A stretch of 53,605 nt of DNA. Source: Actinomycetota bacterium (GTDB lineage: Bacteria > Actinomycetota > Actinomycetes > S36-B12 > UBA5976). Location of the stretch: NCBI GenBank assembly GCA_041158245.1, contig JBEBBT010000134.1, forward strand, positions 1-53,605. Direction: 5' to 3'. The position numbers and the translations under genes are program-made. Under the pieces are notes generated by a model. The model did no database searches. It was not told the DNA's origin and was given only the letters and a program-made list of their open reading frames with translations. Shown piece after piece: positions 9,439 through 18,434 of the stretch; position 1 is the first letter of the stretch; each line of letters starts with the position of its first letter.

Positions 9439-9455
9439 GGGACTAAAGACCCAAG
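9436..9455. promoter_or_regulatory. DosR/DevR-type palindromic box upstream of cydA
   Basis: tttGGGACTaaAGaCCCaag matches the recalled consensus TTSGGGACTWWAGTCCCSAA at 16/20 positions, and at 13/14 in the GGGACTwwAGTCCC core. A DosR-like regulator is encoded about 7 kb downstream. Confidence 0.45.
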
Positions 9456-9507
9456 ACTCCAACTAGCGCAAAACGGCAAGATTTGCGCATAAAAGTTGGA
9501 GGAAAAT

Positions 9508-10905
9508 ATGAGTTCGCTTGATCTCGCCCGTTGGCAATTCGGCATTACAACCGTTTACCACTTTCTATTTGTTCCAATCACCCTAGGCACTTCTTTCTTG
9601 GTGGCAATTATGCAAACCATTTGGGTGAGAACAAATGACGATAAATGGCTACGCGCAACGAAGTTTTTCGGAAAGTTGCTGCTAATCAACTTTGCAATGG
9701 GTGTGGTCACGGGAATTGTTCAAGAATTCCAGTTCGGTATGAACTGGTCGGAATACTCAAGATTTGTGGGCGACATATTTGGTGCCCCACTTGCGGTCGA
9801 AGGATTAGTTGCATTTTTCCTTGAGTCCACATTCTTAGGCCTTTGGATTTTCGGTTGGGATCGCTTGCCAAAGAAAGTTCATCTTGCGACCATTTGGTTG
9901 GCCGCAATCGGAACCGCGCTCTCTGCTTATTTCATTTTGGCTGCAAATGCTTTCATGCAACATCCAGTCGGCTTTGAAATCAATCCAGTAACAAACCGCG
10001 CTGAATTGACTGACTTCATTGCCGTCTTGACTCAAAACACTGCCTGGATTGCTTGGTTACACACTGAAGCATCTTCTTTCTTAGTTAGTGGTGCATTGGT
10101 AGCTGGCGTTAGTGCCTATCTGTTGATGAAAAATAAGGGTGCTGATGTTGCTCGCCTAACATTGAAGTTTGGTGCAATCACTACATTGGTGGCTGGTCTT
10201 GCAGTTGCAATTACTGGTGACATGGATTCAAAAATCATGGTTGTGCAACAGCCAATGAAGATGGCTGCAGCAGAAGCTCTCTACGAAACTGAATCCAATG
10301 CTGGATTTTCAATCTTTACGCTAGGAAATCTTGAAGGCACCCAAGCAACTACTGAGATTAAAGTCCCTGGGCTGCTTTCATTCCTATCCACCGGATCTAC
10401 AGCTGGTGAAGTAAAAGGCTTGAACGATTTACAAGCTGAATACACCCAGACTTATGGTGAAGGTTGGTACATGCCAAATATTCCAACAGCATATTGGTCA
10501 TTCCGTTTGATGATTGGCTTGGGTGGTCTCGCTGTTCTTTATGGAATTTTTGCACTTTGGATTACCCGAAATGGTGCAACTCCAAAATCAAAGTGGTTCC
10601 TGAGAGCTTCTATCGTGGTTCCATTCCTACCGCTGGCTGGTATTTCGTTTGGCTGGTTGTTTACTGAATTGGGTCGCCAACCTTGGTTGGTCTTTGGACA
10701 GTTAATGACTGCCCAAGGTGTTTCATCAAGTGTTGAAGCTGGTTCGGTTTTGTTCACAATGCTTGGCTTCACTTTGCTTTATGGCGTATTAGCTGTAATC
10801 GAATTTGGCTTGTTCACAAAAACCATAAAGCAAGGCCCACCAGATGTTGTTCAAGATCCGTTCAAAGATGAAGATGCAAACCGTCCATTGACGTTTGCGT
10901 ACTAA
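9508..10905 (+). CDS. cydA: Cytochrome bd ubiquinol/menaquinol oxidase subunit I
   Basis: LARWQFGITTVYHFLFVP and GRQPW motifs. ATG 9508 follows a GGAGGA SD; the track start at 9496 overlaps that SD. Confidence 0.95.
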   Translation: MSSLDLARWQFGITTVYHFLFVPITLGTSFLVAIMQTIWVRTNDDKWLRATKFFGKLLLINFAMGVVTGIVQEFQFGMNWSEYSRFVGDIFGAPLAVEGLVAFFLESTFLGLWIFGWDRLPKKVHLATIWLAAIGTALSAYFILAANAFMQHPVGFEINPVTNRAELTDFIAVLTQNTAWIAWLHTEASSFLVSGALVAGVSAYLLMKNKGADVARLTLKFGAITTLVAGLAVAITGDMDSKIMVVQQPMKMAAAEALYETESNAGFSIFTLGNLEGTQATTEIKVPGLLSFLSTGSTAGEVKGLNDLQAEYTQTYGEGWYMPNIPTAYWSFRLMIGLGGLAVLYGIFALWITRNGATPKSKWFLRASIVVPFLPLAGISFGWLFTELGRQPWLVFGQLMTAQGVSSSVEAGSVLFTMLGFTLLYGVLAVIEFGLFTKTIKQGPPDVVQDPFKDEDANRPLTFAY

Positions 10906-10918
10906 GAGAGTGATTTAA

Positions 10919-11974
10919 ATGTTTAATTTAGAGACCCTGCAAACAGTTTGGATTGTATTAATTGCAGTCCTTTGGATTGGCTACTTCGTTCTTGAAGGAT
11001 TTGATTTCGGTGTTGGTGTTTTATTGCCGATACTTGGAAAGAACGAAGCTGAGAAGCGCACGATGCTTACCACTCTCGGACCACTTTGGGACGGAAATGA
11101 AGTCTGGCTATTAGTAGCCGGCGGTGCTACTTTCGCTGCGTTTCCTGAATGGTACGCAACTTTGTTTAGTGGCTTTTACCTTCCACTCTTCTTGATTCTC
11201 TTCGCACTAATCATTCGCGGTGTAGCTTTTGAATATCGTAGTAAATACGGTGACTTGAAATGGCGTGCCCGCTGGGATTTAGCAATTGTGGTCGGATCAT
11301 TCTTGCCAGCACTTCTTTGGGGTGTTGCATTTGCGAATCTGGTTCGAGGAGTTGAACTCGAACAACTTAGTTCTGGTGGATTTATCTACGTAGGTGGATT
11401 TTGGGCACTATTAAATCCATTTTCTCTACTTGGTGGATTGGTCACTTTAACTTTGTTCTTGACTCATGGTGCAATCTTCATCTCACTTAAAACTGATGGT
11501 GAACTTAGATACCGAGCTCGAGCATTAGCAATTCGACTGGGACTTGTTGCGACAGTCTTGGCTGTTGTTTTCCTCCTTTGGGCACAAATTGCATACAGTT
11601 CTAATACCTGGACCTGGGCACCGGTTCTCATTGCAGCGGTTTCTTGGCTCGGTGGCCTTGCCGCAATGTATAGAGGCCGCGAAGGTTGGGCATTCACATT
11701 CAGTGCATTGACTTTGGCGATGGCCGTCACTTCGGTTATTGGATTTATGTATCCGAACGTGATGCCAAACATCGATCGTTCAGAGATTGGACTAACAATT
11801 GCAAATGCATCTTCAACTGAAGGTACTTTGAAGATTATGACAATTGTTGCTTTAGTGATGACTCCAATTGTTTTGGCTTATCAGGCTTGGACATATTGGA
11901 TTTTCAGAAAGCGCCTAACTGCCAGCATGATTCCAAGTCCTGAAAAAGGAACTTTGGATCATGTGAACGCATAG
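10919..11974 (+). CDS. cydB: Cytochrome bd oxidase subunit II
   Basis: 351-aa polytopic protein with FDFGVG and WDGNEVWL motifs, immediately after cydA. Confidence 0.95.
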   Translation: MFNLETLQTVWIVLIAVLWIGYFVLEGFDFGVGVLLPILGKNEAEKRTMLTTLGPLWDGNEVWLLVAGGATFAAFPEWYATLFSGFYLPLFLILFALIIRGVAFEYRSKYGDLKWRARWDLAIVVGSFLPALLWGVAFANLVRGVELEQLSSGGFIYVGGFWALLNPFSLLGGLVTLTLFLTHGAIFISLKTDGELRYRARALAIRLGLVATVLAVVFLLWAQIAYSSNTWTWAPVLIAAVSWLGGLAAMYRGREGWAFTFSALTLAMAVTSVIGFMYPNVMPNIDRSEIGLTIANASSTEGTLKIMTIVALVMTPIVLAYQAWTYWIFRKRLTASMIPSPEKGTLDHVNA

Positions 11975-11994
11975 CAGTCTGTCAAACTACGGCG

Positions 11995-13572
11995 GTGCGA
12001 CCATTTGATCCGAGATTGGCAAAAGAATTAAAGCCAATAAAGGGAGCAATTGGATTCACCGCCGTTTTGGCTTTTCTAGCGGCTATTGCTTTGATTTTTC
12101 AGGCAGTCCTTGCCGCAAAAGCTATTAATGATGCTTTCCTATTAGGGCGTAGCTGGAATGAAGTATTGCCGCTAATTCTCATCGCTGCTGCCGCTTGGGT
12201 TATACGAACACTTCTATCCAGCTTGAACGAATCATTAAGTCGAGAATATGGACTTCAGGCAGTTGCGAATGCCAGAGAAAAATCAGTAGCCCAAATAATG
12301 CAGACAAGAGAATTACCAATCCCAATTGGTGGGGCTGTCACATTGCTCACGCGCGGAATTGAAGGTTTAGAAGTTTATGTTTCTAAGTATCTTCCACAGT
12401 TAGTGATTTCCGCGATTGTTCCGGCCGGGATTGGCGCAGTAATTTTTTGGCTTGACCCATTAGCCGCTTTGATTTTGATCATAACTATTCCGCTAATCCC
12501 GCTCTTTATGGCTTTAGTCGGATGGTTCACTTCAGCAAACGTAGAGAAACATTGGCAGCAAGTCACAAGCCTTTCTTCAACATTGGCAGATTTGATGAAT
12601 GGGCTACCTGAACTGACGATTTTTAATCGAGCAAAGCAGCAAGCATCAGAAATCCACAGACTTGGAACTCTCCAACAAACCGCGACTATGAAAGTTCTAC
12701 GACTTTCATTTCTGTCAGCTTTTGTGCTCGAGCTACTTGCAACTATTTCGGTTGCGATTGTTGCGGTTGCAATTGGTCTGCGCCTAGTCAATGGCGAAAT
12801 AGAGTTTTGGAAAGGCTTAGCAGTTTTAATCCTGGCACCAGATGTTTACGCTCCACTTCGCATGCTTGGAGTGCATTTCCATGCTGCGGTTGAAGGAATG
12901 GAAGCTTGGAACCAAGTTAAATTGATTTTAGATTCACCGAAAGTTAGACGCGGAAAATCTGAAGAGAATATCTCGGAAATTCATTGGCCAAGCCAAGTGA
13001 TTTTCTTGGGCGAAAACAAGATTTCGATACCAGAAGGACATACTTCATCTGGAAAAGTCACTGTGGTTGTAGGGCCAAGTGGAATTGGTAAATCTACGCT
13101 TCTAAAGGTGATTTGTGGTGAACTGTCTGGAGAGGTGAGTTGCAACTCTTTGAGCCAATCCAGTTTTTCGAAGAATGTTGCGTTAGTTGATCAAAGTGCC
13201 CATTTGCCCGAGGGAACTGTTCGGGAGTTACTCCACTTTGGTCGACCGGAGCAGATTTCAGATTCAGAAATTGAGGCTCTGTTAAAGACTTTAGGATTGG
13301 AATTGTCACTAGATCAGGTGGTAAGTGATCGCAGTGTCGGTGTTTCAATTGGCCAAAGACGCAGGCTTGCAATTGCCCATGCACTTCTACGCAAACCTAA
13401 TATTTTGTTACTTGATGAACCAAGTGCAGCTTTAGATGAGCAAAGTGAACTACAAATAATCGAGTCGATACGAAGTTTTGCAGATGCTGGTGGTGCAGTT
13501 CTTGCAGTAGCACACCGTGAGACTTTTAGAAATATCGCAGATGAAATTATTGATTTTGCAGGTAGCAAATGA
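11995..13572 (+). CDS. cydD: ABC exporter CydD (thiol reductant export, bd oxidase assembly)
   Basis: 6-TM domain plus NBD with GPSGIGKST and ILLLDEP. The signature is VSIGQ rather than LSGGQ. Position after cydAB supports the call. Confidence 0.85.
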   Translation: MRPFDPRLAKELKPIKGAIGFTAVLAFLAAIALIFQAVLAAKAINDAFLLGRSWNEVLPLILIAAAAWVIRTLLSSLNESLSREYGLQAVANAREKSVAQIMQTRELPIPIGGAVTLLTRGIEGLEVYVSKYLPQLVISAIVPAGIGAVIFWLDPLAALILIITIPLIPLFMALVGWFTSANVEKHWQQVTSLSSTLADLMNGLPELTIFNRAKQQASEIHRLGTLQQTATMKVLRLSFLSAFVLELLATISVAIVAVAIGLRLVNGEIEFWKGLAVLILAPDVYAPLRMLGVHFHAAVEGMEAWNQVKLILDSPKVRRGKSEENISEIHWPSQVIFLGENKISIPEGHTSSGKVTVVVGPSGIGKSTLLKVICGELSGEVSCNSLSQSSFSKNVALVDQSAHLPEGTVRELLHFGRPEQISDSEIEALLKTLGLELSLDQVVSDRSVGVSIGQRRRLAIAHALLRKPNILLLDEPSAALDEQSELQIIESIRSFADAGGAVLAVAHRETFRNIADEIIDFAGSK

Positions 13573-15140
13573 AAATCTACTGGGCAATTGTTTTAACTTC
13601 TGCAACCATGCTGAGCGCAGTTGGTTTGGTCTCTACAGGGGGATGGTTGATCAGCTCGGCAGCTTTAATGCCACCAATCTTGGTTCTGCAGGTTGCGATT
13701 GTTGCAGTCAGATTTTTTGGAATTTCACGTGGTGTGTTCAGGTGGTCTGAGCGAGTGGTTTCCCATGATGTCGCATTGAGTGGAACCACACTTTTGCGAA
13801 TGCAACTTTGGAAAAAGGCGGCATCACTTGGTCCAGTTGGTGTATGGAGATTAAGAAGTTCCGATGCTTTCGATCGGCTCACCAGCGATACCGAAAATCT
13901 TCAAGATCAGATAACAAGAGTTAAGGTTCCGTTATATGCAGCAACAATGAGTGCGGTTTTGCTAAGTCTGCTGCAATTCCTTTTATTGCCACTAGCTGGC
14001 ATATTTTTCGCATTGTCATTTTTAGTTTCAGGAATAATAATCCCCAAGCTAATCACCAGAATTGAATTAAGAATTGCGCGGGAGGCTATTTCTGTAAGAA
14101 ATCAGATCACCGCAAATATTTACCAGGCAATCAATAACGCACCACAACTTAGAATCCTCAATCTAACGAGTAATCATCTTGAGAACCTCAGAATGTCAGA
14201 AAATTCACGGGTTAAAGTTGAAAGTCGCTCAAGTGTTTGGGCAGGTGTATCAAGTGCATTGAACGGAATAGTTTCAGGCACGGCAGTCTTCATTTCGCTG
14301 ATCGCTGGAACGGTTGCTTTCTCGCAAGGTGGGCTAAGCGGTCAAATGATTGCGGTAGTAACACTTTTGCCTTGGGCAAGTGCAGAAATAGTTGGCACAT
14401 TTAGCCTAGCTGCGAGTGCTAAAACCAGAACTATTTTGGCGAACGAACGAATATCTGACTTTCTAGTGAAAGAAAATGACTTACCAATTGATGAAACAAC
14501 AGATTTATCAAACCCTAGAAAGTTGATTCTTGAAAATGTCTCAGTTGGCTGGGACAAAGAGTTGGTTGTACAAAACTTTAATCTAGAAGTTAAACGAGGC
14601 GAAATCGTTGGCTTGGTCGGATCAAGCGGAAGTGGCAAATCAACAATTTTGAGCGCTATCTTGAGGTTAATTCCACATCAAGGGAATATCCGCATTGACG
14701 ACACTTCAATTTACAACATTAAGAATTTTGAAAATCAAATTACTGCACTATTGCAAACAACCTATATTTTTCACACAACTTTGCGCGAGAATTTAAAAAT
14801 AGCAAATGCGAATGCAATTGATTCAAAACTTCTAGAAGTTATCAATCAAGTTGGACTAGATTCTTGGTTCAAGAGTTTGGATAAGGGTTTAGACACTTTA
14901 ATTGGCGAACCCGATAGATCACTGAGCGGTGGAGAAATTCAGCGGATTGGAATTGCACGCACTATTTTGAGTCACACAAATTTTGTTCTACTTGATGAAC
15001 CAACGGAGCATCTCGATTTTGAAACCGCACAGTCGGTCTGGCAAGTGATTGAAAAGGTGTTTTTGGATAAGGGTGTAATTGTGATAACCCACGACCAAAG
15101 AATCGTCCAAAAGTTTCAAAAGACTGTATCTCTGGATTGA
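13569..15140 (+). CDS. cydC: ABC exporter CydC
   Basis: TM domain plus NBD with GSSGSGKST, LSGGEIQR and VLLDEPTEHLD. 4-nt overlap with cydD. Confidence 0.85.
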   Translation: MKIYWAIVLTSATMLSAVGLVSTGGWLISSAALMPPILVLQVAIVAVRFFGISRGVFRWSERVVSHDVALSGTTLLRMQLWKKAASLGPVGVWRLRSSDAFDRLTSDTENLQDQITRVKVPLYAATMSAVLLSLLQFLLLPLAGIFFALSFLVSGIIIPKLITRIELRIAREAISVRNQITANIYQAINNAPQLRILNLTSNHLENLRMSENSRVKVESRSSVWAGVSSALNGIVSGTAVFISLIAGTVAFSQGGLSGQMIAVVTLLPWASAEIVGTFSLAASAKTRTILANERISDFLVKENDLPIDETTDLSNPRKLILENVSVGWDKELVVQNFNLEVKRGEIVGLVGSSGSGKSTILSAILRLIPHQGNIRIDDTSIYNIKNFENQITALLQTTYIFHTTLRENLKIANANAIDSKLLEVINQVGLDSWFKSLDKGLDTLIGEPDRSLSGGEIQRIGIARTILSHTNFVLLDEPTEHLDFETAQSVWQVIEKVFLDKGVIVITHDQRIVQKFQKTVSLD

Positions 15141-15161
15141 TTCATATGCGAGACTTCTTCC

Positions 15162-16271
15162 GTGAGTGAGCCGCGCGAAACCGAGCTATTTAAAGCAGTC
15201 ATGAGTGTGGTTGCAGATTTGGACCTGCAATCAACACTTGAAACAATTGTTAAAACGGCAGTTAATTTGGTTGATGCTAAGTACGGCGCACTCGGAGTTT
15301 TATCGCCTAAAGGTGGTTTGCAAGATTTCTTTCATGTGGGGATGGAAGAAAACCAAGTGAAAAAGATTGGTCACACCCCAGCCGGCCGTGGGGTGCTTGG
15401 CCTACTCGTTCAATATCCGGAACCAATTCGACTTTCAGATTTAAGCAAACATCCAGCTAGCTTTGGTTTTCCTGAAAATCACCCGCCAATGAAATCCTTT
15501 TTAGGTGTGCCTGTGCGAGTCCGTGGTGAAGTATTTGGAAATCTATATCTAACCGAAAAAAAGGGTGAAGCCGAATTCACCGAACAAGATGAAGAGTTGG
15601 TTGTTGGACTTGCTGCCGCAGCTGGTTTGGCAATCGAGAATGCGAGGCTTTTTTCAAAAACTCAAGCAATTGCGGTGTACGAAGACCGCGAAAGGATTGC
15701 ACGCGACTTACACGATCTAGTAATCCAACAGTTGTTCGCAACTGGTATGACTTTGGAATCGATTGCTAGACGATCAGCTGATAGTCCAGAAGCTGAAAAA
15801 ATAAATCAAGCGGTCGAGGATTTAGACCGGACAATAAAACAAATTCGCCAAAGTATTTACGCATTGACAACGCCTGAAAACGACGGGGTGTCGCTGCGCC
15901 GCCGAGTGATGCATGAGGTGGAAAGTTACACAGTTTTACTTGGTACGACTCCTTCAATTTCCTTTGAAGGACCGGTTGATTCGATGACGAGTGATCGCGA
16001 AACCAATCAAGTGGTCGCTACATTGCGTGAATTACTTTCTAATGCAGTTCGACATGCGCAAGCAACAGCAGTTTCTGTGTCATTGCAGATAGTTGATCAT
16101 CATTTGGCACTCACAGTTTCGGATAACGGTGTGGGCATCCCGGAAACAGTTAGTCGTAGTGGATTAGAGAATTTGCGCAAACGAGCTGAGGCCATGGGCG
16201 GCAGTTTTGAAACCAACAAAGTAGAACCAAGCGGCACTAAAGCAAAGTGGATGATTCCGCTTAACAATTAG
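15162..16271 (+). CDS. Soluble single-GAF sensor histidine kinase, DosS/DosT (DevS)-like
   Basis: No TM segment. The GAF domain carries [27 protein letters not shown], which closely resembles the heme-binding GAF-A of DevS/DosT as recalled. HisKA_3 H-box is [13 protein letters not shown], followed by a C-terminal HATPase_c. Confidence 0.75.
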   Translation: [369 protein letters not shown]

Positions 16272-16918
16272 TCGCGGCCAGCTTCGCCAATTCCAAGCCG
16301 CGCAATAAATGCTGCTGCTTGACTTCTACGTTCCATGCCAAGTTTTGCGAGGACCGACGAGACATAATTCTTGATGGTTTTTTCTGCCAAAAACATTTGC
16401 TCTGCAATTTGGCGATTGCTCATTCCTTCGCCAATGAATTCAAGAACTCTGCGTTCTTGATCTGTTAAATCATCAAGCATTGAATAAACCGAACTTCCTT
16501 TTCGTAGGCGATTTCGAACCTGATCAACAGCTTTTTGATCTAACAAACTTTTACCAGTTGATACATCTTTAATCATTTGAATCAGGTCGCCACTTCGGAT
16601 ATCTTTCAAAACATATCCGTGTGCGCCAGCTAAGACTGCACTTAATAGTGCTTCATCATCAGCGTAAGAAGTCAACATCAATACATTGATTTCCGGTGCG
16701 AGTGCACGCAGGTCTCTACAAACCTCAATCCCAGATCCATCTGGAAGCCGAACATCCAGCACGGCAACGTCTGGTCGCTTTACCAAGATTCCTTGTAAAC
16801 CTTCGGCGCAAGTTCCAGCATCACCCACAACTTCCATGCCTGGCTCGGAGGAAATCAGATCAGATAGTCCACGACGGACCACCTCGTGGTCATCCATGAG
16901 AAATACCCGAATAGTCAT
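16268..16918 (-). CDS. NarL/LuxR-family response regulator, DosR (DevR)-like
   Basis: The REC domain (DDHEVVRRGL...VAVLDVRLPDGSGIE) and C-terminal HTH (LTDQERRVL...MFLAEKTIKNYVSSVLAKLGMERRSQAA) resemble DosR along the whole length, as recalled. Confidence 0.8.
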   Translation of the reverse strand: MTIRVFLMDDHEVVRRGLSDLISSEPGMEVVGDAGTCAEGLQGILVKRPDVAVLDVRLPDGSGIEVCRDLRALAPEINVLMLTSYADDEALLSAVLAGAHGYVLKDIRSGDLIQMIKDVSTGKSLLDQKAVDQVRNRLRKGSSVYSMLDDLTDQERRVLEFIGEGMSNRQIAEQMFLAEKTIKNYVSSVLAKLGMERRSQAAAFIARLGIGEAGRD

Positions 16919-16983
16919 TTTGATTCCCTTCCGCTGACGTATTGTGCCAAAGAAAGAGTTCGCTCGAGGACTATTCTTGATTT

Positions 16984-17775
16984 ATGGTCAAAGTTCGACT
17001 TCTGCAGGTCAAATCCGATGAAACCGAAGCTACTTCAAAGCGAATTGAGCGAGTTGTTGGCGAACTTCCACAACATTTAGCTGCGGCTGACTTTGTGGTG
17101 CTCCCTGAACTTTGGACATTACACGCTTTCAATTTGAAATCTCTTGAAGAAAATGCCTTAACGCTTGACGACAAAATCTTCAAAGATCTGTCCGCTTTGG
17201 CCAATAGCGCAAACACTTGGCTGCATGCGGGCACTTTCCCCATGAAGCATGTTGACGGGACTTTAACAAACACCGCTGTTGTTTTTGATTCACAAGGAAC
17301 TTTGCATTGTTTGTATTCAAAAATACATTTATTTGGTTTCGAAGATGGTGAAAGAAAATATCTGTCTTCCGGTAACCAGATTTTGGTTTCAAAGACTCCG
17401 TTTGGGCAAACCGGAATATCTACTTGCTACGACTTGCGCTTTCCAGAACTTTATCGTGAACAAACAGCGCGAGGTGCCGAATCTTTCTTGATCAGTGCTG
17501 GTTGGCCAACAATTAGATCAGACCACTGGAAAACTCTTTTGAAAGCCAGAGCTATTGAAAATCAAAGTTTTGTGATTGCTACTTGCGGACGTGGATTGGC
17601 CAATCAAATAGAGCTTGCCGGACAATCCATGGTTATCAATCCCAAGGGTGAAGTCTTAGCGCAAGCCAATATTGATGACGAGTTCATTGATGCTGAAATA
17701 GATATAGAACTAGTAAATAAATGGCGTAAAGAATTTCCAGTACTTGGCGATATTCGAGATTTACACAATCTCTAA
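16984..17775 (+). CDS. Carbon-nitrogen hydrolase family protein (nitrilase/amidase superfamily)
   Basis: 263 aa with VLPE (Glu), a K in YSKIHLF and the catalytic Cys in ISTCYDLRFPE. Confidence 0.8.
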   Translation: MVKVRLLQVKSDETEATSKRIERVVGELPQHLAAADFVVLPELWTLHAFNLKSLEENALTLDDKIFKDLSALANSANTWLHAGTFPMKHVDGTLTNTAVVFDSQGTLHCLYSKIHLFGFEDGERKYLSSGNQILVSKTPFGQTGISTCYDLRFPELYREQTARGAESFLISAGWPTIRSDHWKTLLKARAIENQSFVIATCGRGLANQIELAGQSMVINPKGEVLAQANIDDEFIDAEIDIELVNKWRKEFPVLGDIRDLHNL

Positions 17776-17843
17776 CATGTTTTAGCTATCAACAGATTTT
17801 TAAACCATATTTATAAAAACAGAGAGTTATCGAGAATGAATTA

Positions 17844-18434
17844 GTGACTTCATTTTCGATCTTTGGAACCCGAGGCGGAATCGGGACTTCAACTTTTGGG
17901 TGGGCTTTTGCTCAAGAAATCCAAGCGACTGCCTTTTTAGATTACTCAATTCATCAAAGTGCCGCTTGGATTTTTAATAACGTAGATTCTGATTTCTCTT
18001 GGCCGAATACTTTAGATTCAACTAGTTCTACTTTTCAATTATTCCAAACAATCCAAAAGGCACCCGAGGTCCATGGAATAAAGGTATTTTCAGGTGGAAT
18101 TCCCATTCCTACCGTCGAAGCAGATGACTCATTAACGCTCGTATTTGATGGTGATTGTGTAGCGGATTTTCGCCTTTTGCACACGACAAACAGCATTCAA
18201 GACATGGAAACAAGCTGGGACCAAAAAGATTTTCGATATGTGGTACTTAGAGAGGTATCAGGTGGAGTCCCAACAAAATTAATCCAAGAAAAATTTGACT
18301 ATTCATATCGAAGCGAACGAAGTGTTCACTTGTCCGTATCTAATGGATTGGGGTTACACCCACGATCGCATGTGAGCCGAACCGCTAGGAATATTTATGC
18401 AGACATTTGCCGAGATTTTCCACATAGTCATTAG
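17844..18434 (+). CDS. Short Ssd/TadZ(CpaE)-like protein with degenerate P-loop
   Basis: N-terminal FGTRGGIGTST resembles the lysine-less deviant Walker A of actinobacterial Ssd/CpaE homologs. It sits directly upstream of tadA. GTG start. Confidence 0.45.
   Translation: MTSFSIFGTRGGIGTSTFGWAFAQEIQATAFLDYSIHQSAAWIFNNVDSDFSWPNTLDSTSSTFQLFQTIQKAPEVHGIKVFSGGIPIPTVEADDSLTLVFDGDCVADFRLLHTTNSIQDMETSWDQKDFRYVVLREVSGGVPTKLIQEKFDYSYRSERSVHLSVSNGLGLHPRSHVSRTARNIYADICRDFPHSH

Noticed and set aside
16919-16983. DosR-type autoregulatory box upstream of the DosR-like gene
   Set aside because: Only a half-site-like aGGACT (around 16967) is present, with no palindromic partner. This is too weak to call.
17776-17843. 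Expected 6C/B11-type sRNA upstream of the ssd homolog, as in mycobacteria
   Set aside because: The 68-nt AT-rich spacer has no C-rich loops or paired hairpins, so there is no evidence for the sRNA here.
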